Assembly: GCF_902713615.1 (NCBI RefSeq)
Contig: NC_052162.1
Coordinates: 109,395,811 to 109,459,810 of the forward strand
Direction: 5' to 3'
Source of the DNA: Scyliorhinus canicula
Taxonomy: Eukaryota
Length of the DNA stretch: 64,000 bases
Under the pieces are notes generated by a model. That model made no database searches. It had not been told where the DNA came from and worked only from the letters and a program-made list of their open reading frames with translations. The position numbers and the translations under genes were made by a program. Each line of letters opens with the position of its first letter. Position 1 is the first letter of the stretch. Below, in pieces: positions 50,998 to 61,344 of this stretch.

Positions 50998-52313
50998 AAT
51001 GGAAAGGCTTGTTCCAGAAATGTTTATATAGACACAGTCAGAGATGCCCCGGAATGCGAGCACCTGCAGGCAATCAAATCATCAAAGATGCAGAGAGAGA
51101 GGTAACTCCAGGTTAAAGAGGTGTGAATTGTCCCAAGCCAGTTCAGTCGGTAGGCCTCTGCAAGTCCAGGCTTGTTGGTGGGGGCCGAATGTAATGCGAC
51201 ATGAATCCCAGATCCCGGTTGAGTCCGCATTCATGCGTGCGGAACTTAGCTATAAGTTTTTGCTCAGCAATTTTGCGTTGTCGCGTCTCCTGAAGGCCTC
51301 CTTGTAGAATGCTGACCCGGAGATCAGAGGCTGAATGTCCTTGACTGCTGAAATGTTCCCCAACTGGAAGGGAACAGTCCTGCCTGTTGATAGTCGCATG
51401 ATGCCCGTTTATTCGTTGTCGCAGTGTCTGCATGGTCTCGCCAATGTACCACGCTTCGGGACATCCTTTCCTGCAGCGTATGAGGTAGACTACATTGGTC
51501 GAGTCGCACGAGTATGCGCCGCGTACCTGGTGGGTGGTGTTTCCACGTGTAATGGTGGTGTCCATGTCGATGATCTGGCATGTCTTGCAGAGATTACCCT
51601 GGCAGGGTTTTGTGGTGTTGTGGTTGCTGTTCTGAAGGCTGGGTAATTTGCTGCAAACAATGGTTTGTTTGAGGTTGCGCGGTTGTTTGAAGGCCAGTAG
51701 TGGGGGTGTGGGGATGACCTTGGCAAGATGTCCATCCTCGCTGATGATGTGTTGGAGGCTGCGAAGAAGATGTCGTAGTTTCTCCGCCCCAGGAAAGTAC
51801 TGGACGACGAAGGGTACTCTGTCAGTGGTGTCCACTGCAGGAAAGGATGTCCCGAAGCGTGGTACATTGGCGAGACCATGCAGACACTGCGACAACGAAT
51901 AAACGGGCATCGTTCGACTATCAACAGGCAGGACTGTTCCCTTCCAGTTGGGGAACACTTCAGCAGTCAAGGACATTCAGCCTCTGATCTCCGGGTCAGC
52001 ATTCTACAAGGAGGCCTTCAGGAGACGCGACAACGCAAAATTGCTGAGCAAAAACTTATAGCTAAGTTCCGCACGCATGAATGCGGACTCAACCGGGATC
52101 TGGGATTCATGTCGCATTACATTCGGCCCCCACCAACAAGCCTGGACTTGCAGAGGCCTACCGACTGAACTGGCTTGGGACAATTCACACCTCTTTAACC
52201 TGGAGTTACCTCTCTCTCTGCATCTTTGATGATTTGATTGCCTGCAGGTGCTCGCATTCCGGGGCATCTCTGACTGTGTCTATATAAACATTTCTGGAAC
52301 AAGCCTTTCCATT

Positions 52314-52348
52314 CACCTGAAGAAGGAGCCGTGCTCCGAAAGCTCGTG
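52314..52348 (+). ncRNA. Minimal type I hammerhead ribozyme motif in the Penelope pLTR
   Basis: CAC-CTGAAGA-A-GGAGC(cgt)GCTCC-GAAA-GCTC-GTG: catalytic core, 5-bp stem II, palindromic AGCT in place of stem III, and CAC/GTG stem I. Confidence 0.7.
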
Positions 52349-52720
52349 TTTGAAACAAACCTGTTGGACTTTAACCTGGTGTTGTAAGACTTCTTACTGT
52401 GCTCACCCCAGTCCAACGCCGGCATCTCCACATCATGGCTATCCTTGCACAAGAGGAGGTCCCGTTTACACTTCGCAATGCCTCACTCCATACTCCTCAA
52501 TTGATCTAGATTCCCAACTCCGCTTCCCATTTCTCCTTAATCTTCACCACCCGCTCACCTCCCTGCTCCCGCAACCACTTTCCTTTCGTGCAAAGTCCCT
52601 AACCTGTAGATACCTGAACTCGCTACCCCTTGGCAGCTCTACCCTCTCCCTTAGCTCCTCCAGACTGGCGAACCCTTCCTCCAAATACAAATCCTTCACC
52701 TTGACCAGCCCCACTTCCCT

Positions 52721-53466
52721 CAGCACCATGTCACTGCAGTCTGCACTAACAGCACAATGGCACTGCAGTCTGCACTGACAGCACAATGGCACTGCAGTCT
52801 GCACTGACAGCACCATGTCACTGCAGTCTGCACTAACAGCACAATGGCACGGCAGTCTGCACTGACAGCACCATGGCACGGCAGTCTGCACTGACAGCAC
52901 CATGGCACTGCAGTCTGCACTGACAGCACAATGACACTGCAGTCTGCACTGACAGCACAATAGCACTGCAATCTGCACTAACAGCACAATGGCACTGCAG
53001 TCTGCACTGACAGCACAATGGCACTGCAGTCTGCACTGACAGCACAATGGCACTGCAATCTGCACTGACAGCACAATGGCACTGCAGTCTGCACTGACAG
53101 CACAATGGCACTGCAATCTGCACTGACAGCACAATGGCACTGCAGTCTGCACTGACAGCACAATGGCACTGCAGTCTGCACTGACAGCACCATGTCACTG
53201 CAGTCTGCACTGACAGCACCATGTCACTGCAGTCTGCACTGACAGCACAATGTCACTGCAGTCTGCACTGACAGCACCATGTCACTGCAGTCTGCACTGA
53301 CAGCACCATGTCACTGCAGTCTGCACTGACAGCATAATGTCACTGCAGTCTGCACTGACAGCACCATGGCACTGCAGTCTGCACTAACAGCACAATGGCA
53401 CTGCAATCTGCACTGACAGCATAATGTCACTGCAGTCTGCACTGACAGCACCATGTCACTGCAGTC
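52721..53466. repeat. 29-bp minisatellite, ~25-26 copies
   Basis: Unit AGCAC(A/C)ATG(G/T)CACTGCAGTCTGCACTGAC repeated head-to-tail with no spacers. Confidence 0.95.
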
Positions 53467-53768
53467 GTCACTGCTTGGCCCGAGTACCCCGCCACAGCGA
53501 GTGTGGTGGGTGGCACGGACCTAGAGACAAACCCTGAGCCTGCCTTGATCCCACCGCCAGGATCATCGATAGGCGGATTCCTCACGGGCTCCTCCTCAGG
53601 CTGTTATGACAGCTCAAAGTTTTGTTTGCTGGGCGTAAGGACAAGGGTGATGAATTGAGGTGTCACCCACTCCTCACCTGGAGAGGGGGGGGGGTTGATG
53701 GTTGTCTCCCCCTCCTTGGAGTGTTGCCGTTTACAGGGTGCATGCGCTGCGAAGACCTCCATTCTATG

Positions 53769-54302
53769 AGGGGCTGGTTTAGCACAGGGCCAAATCGCTG
53801 GCTTTGAAAGCAGACCAAGACATAGAACATAGAACATTACAGCGCAGTACAGGCCCTTCGGCCCTCAATGTTGCGCTGTCCTGTGAAACCCCTCTAAAGT
53901 CCCTCTACACTATTCCCTTATCGCCCATATGCCTATCCAATGACCATTTGAACGCATTTAGTGTTGGCGAGTCCACTACTGTTGCAGGCAGGGCATTCCA
54001 CGCCCTTACTACTCTCTGAGTAAAGAACCTACCTCTGACATCTGTCCTATATCTATCTCCCCTCAGTTTAAAGCTATGTCCCCTCGTGTTGGACATCATC
54101 CGAGGAAAAAGGCTCTCAATGTCCACCCTATTTAATCCTCTGATCATCTTGTATGCCTCAATTAAGTCACCTCTTGCCAGCAGCACGGTTCAATTCCCGT
54201 ACCAGCCTCCCCGAACAGGTGCCGGAATGTGGAGACTAGGCTCTTTTCACAGTAACATCATTTGAAGCCTGCCTGTGACAATAAGCGATTTTCATTTCAT
54301 TT
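53769..54302 (+). mobile_element. Short SINE, family 2, split by a CR1 fragment
   Basis: Head at 53769-53819; remainder at 54176-54302. Confidence 0.8.
53819..54175 (-). mobile_element. CR1 3' fragment inserted inside a short SINE
   Basis: RGDLIEAYKMIRGL...FFTQRVVRAWNALP, similar to 28527-28884. Confidence 0.88.
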
Positions 54303-54489
54303 CCTCACACTGGCGCCGCTGTACTCGATGCTCAACCCCAAGGCTGTGGCCGGAGCATGTACCCTGCGGCCCTGGGTCGCATGCTTCACCTCCGCCACCC
54401 TCCAGGGCCTGCGCAGAAGCATCACTGTGTGCAGCACCCGACAACAAGGCGCTGTCCGGCTGGGGAGGTTGCTGGGTTCCGGCGGGACG

Positions 54490-54606
54490 TGAAGGAGCTA
54501 TGCTCCAAAAACTCTTGATTCAAAATAAACCTGTTGAATTTTAACCTGGTGTTGTGAGATTTCTTTCTGTGCCTACCCCAGTCCAACGCCAGCATCTCCA
54601 CATCAT
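54490..54606 (+). mobile_element. Penelope pLTR terminus fragment
   Basis: Similar to 52322-52437 (gaaggagc...aacctggtgttgt...ccagtccaacgcc.gcatctccacatcatg). Confidence 0.7.
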
Positions 54607-55275
54607 GAATAATCAGCAAGTCTGTGGCCACTCTCACCAATTGAAAGCGTCACAATGCCCGGCTGATTGACGGCGGCCCCGGACCAATAGGGGGAGAGAG
54701 TGGGCGGTCCTGGAAGACCAAGTAGGAGAGGATGAACCTCCAAGCAGAGTGAGCGAGGGACGGGGCCGGGTTAAACTGGAAATGGATCATGCGCAGTGTG
54801 AGTAATGGTGAAGCAGCGAAGATATGATGCAGAGTCGGTCCGTGGATTAAAATGGCGGAACGGAGAGAGTTATATATGCGGCGGGTGAGCGGAGAAGTTT
54901 GAACTAGAAATCTCGAAAAATAGCTTCCTGTCTTCCGTTTACACTGGGCAGGGTACAGTTTTTATTCACAGTTACAAACCGAGTTCACGGATGCCATGTT
55001 TTCAAAAGACATCTTGCAGCAGGCGCATGCGTGACAACCATGTTGTGTGGATCATGTGCACCAAAGCGTCTGCGCGGCCGCCATGTTTATTCGGGGCTAT
55101 TTTTTTCAATCTTAGATTCAAAGAAGGTTTACAGTGCAGAAAGAGGCCTTTAACCGATCATGTCTACTCCGGCCAATCAGGAGAAAATACATATTTTAAT
55201 CTCGTTTTCCAACAACTGGTCAGGTTACATCACTTCAAATTCAGATCTGTGAGCATGCACTACAAGGTTTCTCAG
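54607..55275 (+). promoter_or_regulatory. ZNF promoter/first-exon module, copy 4 (inverted orientation)
   Basis: Reverse-complement homolog of copies 1-3: cgtcacaatgcccgg, ggaccaatag, catgcgcag, AAAATGGCGG (YY1) and donor-like CGG|GTGAGC at ~54885. Intron homology continues to 55275. Confidence 0.65.
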
Positions 55276-56037
55276 TGGTGCCAGGGTCAGGGATGTCAAA
55301 AGTGGTGCCTGTAGCAGGAGCGTGAATGAGCGATGAGGTCCTGCAGCAAGAATTTAGGCAGCTAGGCAATAGACTAAAGAGCAGGATCTGAAAGGTTGTA
55401 GTCTCTGGATTTACTCTTGGTGCTGGTGAGTGCAGAAATGAGAGAAAGGTCAGATAGATGAATGCTTGGCTCAAAAAGTTGCGCAGCAGCAAGGGGGTAA
55501 GATCCAAGGGATTGTTTCTGGGGATGGTGGGACCTGTAGAAGCAGGACAGTCTGTATCTGAACCAGAATGTGATCCATATCCTCGCAGGTGGGTTTGCTA
55601 ATCATAATAATATATTACTACTGCATCCTCACAGACGGATTTGCTGGTGGTGTTGGGAGGGATTTAAATTAGTTCGGGAAGAGGAGGGGACACAGTCAAT
55701 GAAATATGGACACAGAGTGTTGAGTTTGAAGGGAGTAAGGCGAGGCTGGATGACCTGTAATGCAAGGAGTGTCATGGGTACGAGCGTGGATTGCAAATCT
55801 GTTGTAGTCATCACAGAGAGATTGCTGAGGAGGGGCAGGACTGGCAGGTGAACATTCGGGGTATATGATCTTTCAGCAGGACAGGAGAGGGTGTAAAAGA
55901 GGAGGTGGTGTCAATTAAGGAATCTGTTCCTGCAGTAAGGAGGGACGCTGTCTTGGAAGGACCTTGTAATGAGGCTTTGTGAGTAGACCTTATGAATAAA
56001 AAGAGAGAAGTCACACTGCTTGGAGTGTATTATAGAC

Positions 56038-56562
56038 CAGTGTTTTTTGAACTTTTTTTCCGGGGACCCATTTTTACCAAGCAGCCAACCTTCGTGACCC
56101 AACCCGGCCGACCTTCGTGACCCATGCCGGCCGGCCTTCGTGACCCATGCCGGCCGGCCTTTGCGACCCACCATTGTTTGTTGCTGACAAAAATGAGGGA
56201 AATGGTTTTGGGTCCCTTCGGCCCCAATGGTCCCTTTGGCCCCTCGAACTTGAAAAATAAGGCTGCGACCATGTTAAAAACAAAAATGTGGCCGCACTGC
56301 GTATGCGTTCCTGATCATCGGTGCGCAGACGCATAGTTTTTCACATGCGCACCGATGATCGAGCACGCATGCCCAGTGCGGCCGAATATTTTTTATCTGT
56401 TCTTGGCCATTTTGAAGGACGCTTTCAGCCCGCATTATTAAAAGCCGGCTGTTGTGCGCGGATTTGCACAATCGAGAGCGCCACAACGGACGGCTCCGCA
56501 ACTCTCTTGACACCCACCCGCGACCCACCCACGGGTCGTGCCCCCGAGTTTGACAATGCCTG
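56038..56562. mobile_element. Non-autonomous hAT (Charlie/Buster-type) DNA transposon
   Basis: CAG...CTG ends with imperfect TIRs and a perfect 8-bp TSD TTATAGAC (56030-56037; 56563-56570) with central TA. Interrupts a CR1 endonuclease GVYYRPP motif. Confidence 0.85.
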
Positions 56563-57143
56563 TTATAGACCACCAAATAGTCAGAGGACAATAGAGGAGA
56601 TGATATGCAGACAATTCACTGATGTGTGTAAAAACAATAGAGTAATTATTTTCGGGGATTTCAACTTTCCCAACATTAATTGGGATAGTCATTGTAAAGG
56701 GATTAGAGGGAGCAGATTTCTTGAAATGTATGCAAGTGAACTTTTTATATCAACATGTCGTAGGTCCACTAAGGGATGATGCAGTGCTCGACCTAGTTCT
56801 GGAGAACGAAGCTGGACAATTGTAGCACTTGGGGAGCATTTTGGTGATTTGTCATGGAAAGGGATAAGTTTTTAAAAATTAATTTACGGGATGTGGGCAT
56901 CACTGGTTCGACCAGCATTTATTGATAATCTCTAGTTGCCATTCAGAAGGTGGTTGTGAGTTGCCTTCTTGAACCGCTGAAATCCCTGGGGTGTAGGTAT
57001 ACCCACTGTGCTGTTACGGAGGGAGTTCCGGGGGTTTGCCCCAGCGTCAGTGAAGGAATGACAATGTATTTCCTTGTCAGGGTGGTGGGTGACTTGGAGG
57101 GGAACCTCAAGGCGGTGTGTTTCCCAGGTATCTGCTGCTCTTA

Positions 57144-57488
57144 GGGCAGCACGTTAGCATGGTGGTTAGCATAAATGCTTCACAGCTCCAGGGTCCCAGG
57201 TTCGATTCCTGGCTGGGTCACTGTCTGTGCGGAGTCTGCACGTCCTCCCCGTGTGTGAGTGGGTTTCTTCCGGGTGCTCCGGTTTCCTCCCACAGTCCAA
57301 AGATGTGCGGGTTAGGTGGATTGGCTATGCTAAATTGCCCGTAGTGTCCTAAAAAGTAAGGTTAAGGGGGGGGTTGTTGGGTTACGGGTATAGGGAGGAT
57401 ACGTGGGTTTGAGTAGAGTGACCATGGCTCGGCACAACATCGAGGGCTGAAGGGCCTGTTCTGTGCTGTACTGTTCTATGTTCTATGT
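57144..57488 (+). mobile_element. HE1-type V-SINE (young)
   Basis: Full length with ttctatgttctatg tail. Confidence 0.9.
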
Positions 57489-57924
57489 TTTCCTTCTAGA
57501 TGGTAGTGGTCGCGAATCTGGAAGGTGCTGTCTAAGGAACATTAGCGAGTTACTGCAGTGCATCTTGTCGATGGTACACACGGATGCCGCTGTTTGTCAG
57601 TGGTGGAGGGTTTGAATGTTAATTTGGCCTGCAAAAAAGGTGTTTTGGATTGTGGGGGGTGGGTCTGGTCATAGTAGACCGGGAACAGATATTTCTGGGA
57701 AAATCTGTAGCAGAGCTGTGGGGCCCGTTCAAAATGGAACTGGTGAGAGTACAGGTCCACAATGTTCCCTTCAGGGTAAAATGGAAGAGCAACAAGTCCA
57801 GAGAACCCTGGATGTCTGGAATTATTCAGGACTGAATAGGAAGGAAGAGAGGCTTTTAACTGGTACAAAGGGAGCAAATCTCGAGAAGCTCTCGTGGTGT
57901 ATAGAAAGTGCGGGGGGGGGCTCT

Positions 57925-60900
57925 AGAGGCGGGAGGTCTGATCATGGGGGGTCTTCAATATGGTGTTGGATCCTTCACTGGATCGGTCCAGCTCTAGGAC
58001 GGGTAGGAGGCCGGCGGCGGCCAAGGTACTGAGAGGGTTTATGGACCAGATGGGTGGGGTGGATCCATGGAGGTTTGTGAGGCCGAGGGCACGGGAGTAC
58101 TCTTTCTTCTCCCACGTACATTGGGTCTACTCTCAGATCGACTTCTTCGTGGTGAGTAGGGGACTGATTCCGAGAGTGGAGGAGGCCAAGTATTCGGCCA
58201 TTGCAATCTCCGACCACGCTCCGCATTGGATAGAGTTGGAGATGGGGGAGGTGCGGGACCAGCGCCCGTTGTGGCGGTTGGATGTGGGGTTGTTGGCGGA
58301 GGAGGAGGTGTGTAGGAGGGTCCGGGCAAGTATTGAGGGGTACCTCGAGGTGAATGATACGGGGGAGGTTCAGGTGGGGGTGGTCTGGGAAGCCCTGAAG
58401 GTAGTGATTCGTGGGGAGCTGATATCCATCCGGGCACAAAGGGAGAGGAGTGAGAGGGCTAGACTGGTGGGAAAGATGCCGGAGGTAGACAGGAGGTACG
58501 TAGAGGCACCAGAGGAGGGACTGTTGGGGGAGAGGCGCAGCCTGCAGGCTAAATTTGATTTGCTGACCACAAGAAAGGCGGAGGCACAGTGGAGGAAGGC
58601 ACAAGGGGCAGTGTATGAACATGGTGAAAAGTCGAGTAGGATGCTGGCTCATCAGCTCCGCAAGCGGGATGCGGCTAAGGAAATTGCTGGAGTGAGAGAC
58701 AAGAGTGGGAATGTGGAGCGGAAGGGAGTAGAGGTGAATGAGGTCTTCAAGGGCTTTTACGGGGAACTGTACCGGTCGGAGCCAACGGTGGAGAGGAGGG
58801 GAATGGAGAGGTTTCTCGACGGGCTTTCTTTACCGAAGGTGCAGGAGGAGCAGGTGGAGGGGTTGGGGGCGCCGATTGAGCTGGAGGAGCTAGTTAAGGG
58901 GATCGGGCAGATGCAGTCAGGGAAGGCACCAGGGCCGGATGGGTTCCCGGTGGAATTTTATAAAAAGTTTGTGGACCTAGTGGGCCCCTTGCTGGTGCGG
59001 ACACTTAATGAAGCGTGGGAAGGGGGGACTTTGCCCCCGACAATGTCGCGGGCGCTGATCTTGTTAATCTTAAAAAGGGACAAGGACCCCCAGCAGTGTG
59101 GTTCATACAGGCCCATATCTCTCCTCAACGTAGATGCAAAGGTGCTGGCAAAAATCCTGGCCACCAGGATAGAGGACTGTGTGCCAGGGGTTGTACACGA
59201 GGACCTTCGATAGAGTGGAGTGGGGGTACTTATGGGAGTTGTTGGGGAGGTTTGGATTTGGTGAAGGGTTTATTAGATGGGTGAGGCTGCTATATGAGGC
59301 CCCGATGACGTGCGTGGCCACGAATGGGAGGAGGTCGGAGTACTTCCGGCTTTACCGAAGGACCAGGCAGGGTTGCCCCCTGTCCCCCTTGTTGTTTGCA
59401 TTGGCAATCGAGCCGCTGGCGATGGCGTTGAGGGATTCAGAGAGGTGGAGAGGTTTGGTGTGAGGTGGGGAGGAACATAGGGTGTCGTTGTACGCTGATG
59501 ACCTGCTACTGTATGTGGTGGACCCGGTGGGAGGGATGCCGGGGGTGATGGAGCTGCTAGCTGAGTTTGGGACTTTTTCAGGTTATAAACTAAATTTAGG
59601 CAAGAGTGAGGTGTTTGTGGTGCACCCTGGAGACCAGGAGGAAGGAATTGGTAGGCTCCCGCTGAGGCGGGCAGGGGAGAGTTTTAGGTACCTGGGGGTG
59701 CAGGTGGCCAGGGACTGGGGGACTCTTCAGAAACATAATTTCACCAGGCTTGTAGATCAGATGGAGGAGGAGTTCAAGAGGTGGGACATGCTGCCATTAT
59801 CGTTGGCGGGGAGGGTGCAGTCCGTCAAAATGACGGTGCTTCCGAGGTTCTTGTTCCTCTTTCAGTGCCTGCCCATCTTCATCCCCACGGCCTTCTTTAG
59901 GAGAGTGACTAGCAGTATTTTGAGCTTTGTGTGGGCACATGGGACTCCGAGAGTGATGAGTGTTTTCCTGGAGCGAGGGAGGGATAGAGGCGGGCTGGCG
60001 CTGCCCAACCTTTTGGGGTACTATTGGGCGGCCAATGTGTCAATGGTGCGTAAATGGGTGATGGAGGGGCGGCGTGGAAAAGAATGGAGATGGCGTCATG
60101 TAGAGGTACGAGCCTGGGTGCCATGGGAACGCCGCCGTTGCCGCTCTCCCCTAAGAGGTATACCACGAGCCCGGTGGTGGCGGCGACCCTAAGAATCTGG
60201 GGACAGTGGAGATGGCATAGGGGAGAAACAGGGGGCTCGATGGAGGCTCCATTGGGTGGCAATCATCGGTTCATCCCGGGGAACAAGGATGGGGGATTTA
60301 GGGGGTGGCAAAGGGTGGGCATCAGTTAATTGAGGGAGGTTTGCGGGCCTGGGGGAATTGGAAGATAAATTTGGGCTTCCCCAAGGGAACATGTTCAGAT
60401 ACTTGCAGGTAAAGGCGTTTGCTAGGCGACAGGTAGAGGGATTCCCTTTGCTGCCCTTGCGGGGGACGATGGACAGAGTGCTTTCGGGGGTGTGGGTCGG
60501 AGAGGGAAAGGTGTCTGACATCTATAAGGTAATGCAGGAGGTGGAGGAGTCGTCAGTGGAGGAGCTGAAGGCTAAATGGGAGGGGGAACTTGGGGAGCAG
60601 ATAGAGGACGGGACTTGGGCGGATGCCTTGGAAAGAGTCAACTCTTCCTCTTCATGTGCGAGGCTTAGTCTCATCCAATTTAAGGTGCTGCACCGGGTCC
60701 ACATGTCCGGGACTACGATGAGTAGGTTCTTTGGGGGTGAGGACAGGTGCACCAGATGTTCGGGGAGTCCAGCGAATCATGTCCATACGTTCTTGGCATG
60801 CCCAGCACTGGAAGAATTCTGGAAGGGGGTGGCGGGGACGGTGTCGAGGGTGGTTGGATCCAGGGTCAAACCAGGGTGGGGACTCGCGATTTTCGGAGTT

Positions 60901-61256
60901 GCGGTGGAGCCGGGAGTGCAGGAGGCGAAAGAGGCCGGTGTCCTGGCCTTTGCGTCCCTAGTAGCCCGGCGGAGGATCTTGCTGCAGTGGAAGGATGCGA
61001 GGCCCCCAAGTGTGGAGACCTGGGTCAATGACATGGTGGGATTTATAAAGCTGGAAAGGGTCAAATTTGCCCTGAGAGAATCAGTACAAGGTTCTATAAA
61101 CGGTGGCAGTTGTTGTTGTTAATATGTTGGGTTGTTCATTGAGGAGGGGCGAAGGTTCATGATTGTTGTCATTATTGTTATTGTTGGTATTTTAGTATGG
61201 TTTGATGTTGTATAAATTCAAAAACTTTTCAATAAAAATTATTTTTAAGAAAAAGA
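57925..61256 (+). mobile_element. 5'-truncated L1-clade LINE ORF2 (EN C-terminus, RT, C-terminal region)
   Basis: YSQIDFF...SDH, PGPDGF, YRPISLLN, RQGCPLSP and LYADD motifs. Internal deletion at ~59205, a few stops/frameshifts, AATAAA plus A-rich tail at ~61231-61257. Confidence 0.92.
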
Positions 61257-61344
61257 AAGTTCAGGGGGAACTCAAAAAAACAATTAGGAGAGCAAAGAGG
61301 GGCATGAAAAAGCACGGATGGGTAAGATTAGATTAACAAATTCT

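Larger units (their letters stand above)
50909..52440. mobile_element. Penelope-like element, 5'-truncated with an inverted pLTR (fold-back)
   Basis: GIY-YIG endonuclease (NVVYLIRC...WYIGET...HF...E.KLI...GLN) on the minus strand, 51143-~51830. Inverted arms 50909-51476 and 51835-52402, ~35-nt tail, flanking ATCCTTGCACA repeat. Confidence 0.92.
50288..52722 (-). mobile_element. L1-clade 3' fragment split by the Penelope insertion
   Basis: Peptides KVKDLYLEEGFASLEELRE (52544-52720) and SLVQFKVVHRVHMTRARMS...LEKIKYELRGS (50400-50906); T-rich tail at ~50290. Confidence 0.85.
55276..57920 (+). mobile_element. Degenerate CR1 (ORF1 esterase, endonuclease) with nested hAT, SINE and other inserts
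   Basis: VVVSGF, GVYYRPPNS and IFGDFNFPNINW motifs; resumes at ~61257 after the L1 insertion. Confidence 0.7.

Noticed and set aside
52721-53466. CRISPR-like array or Cys-rich (metallothionein/keratin-associated-like) protein
   Set aside because: Units are contiguous with no unique spacers, and the ORFs simply cycle through the three frames of a 29-bp repeat.
57960-61122. Active autonomous L1
   Set aside because: 5'-truncated, with an RT-core deletion at ~59205, a stop at ~59461 and frameshifts.
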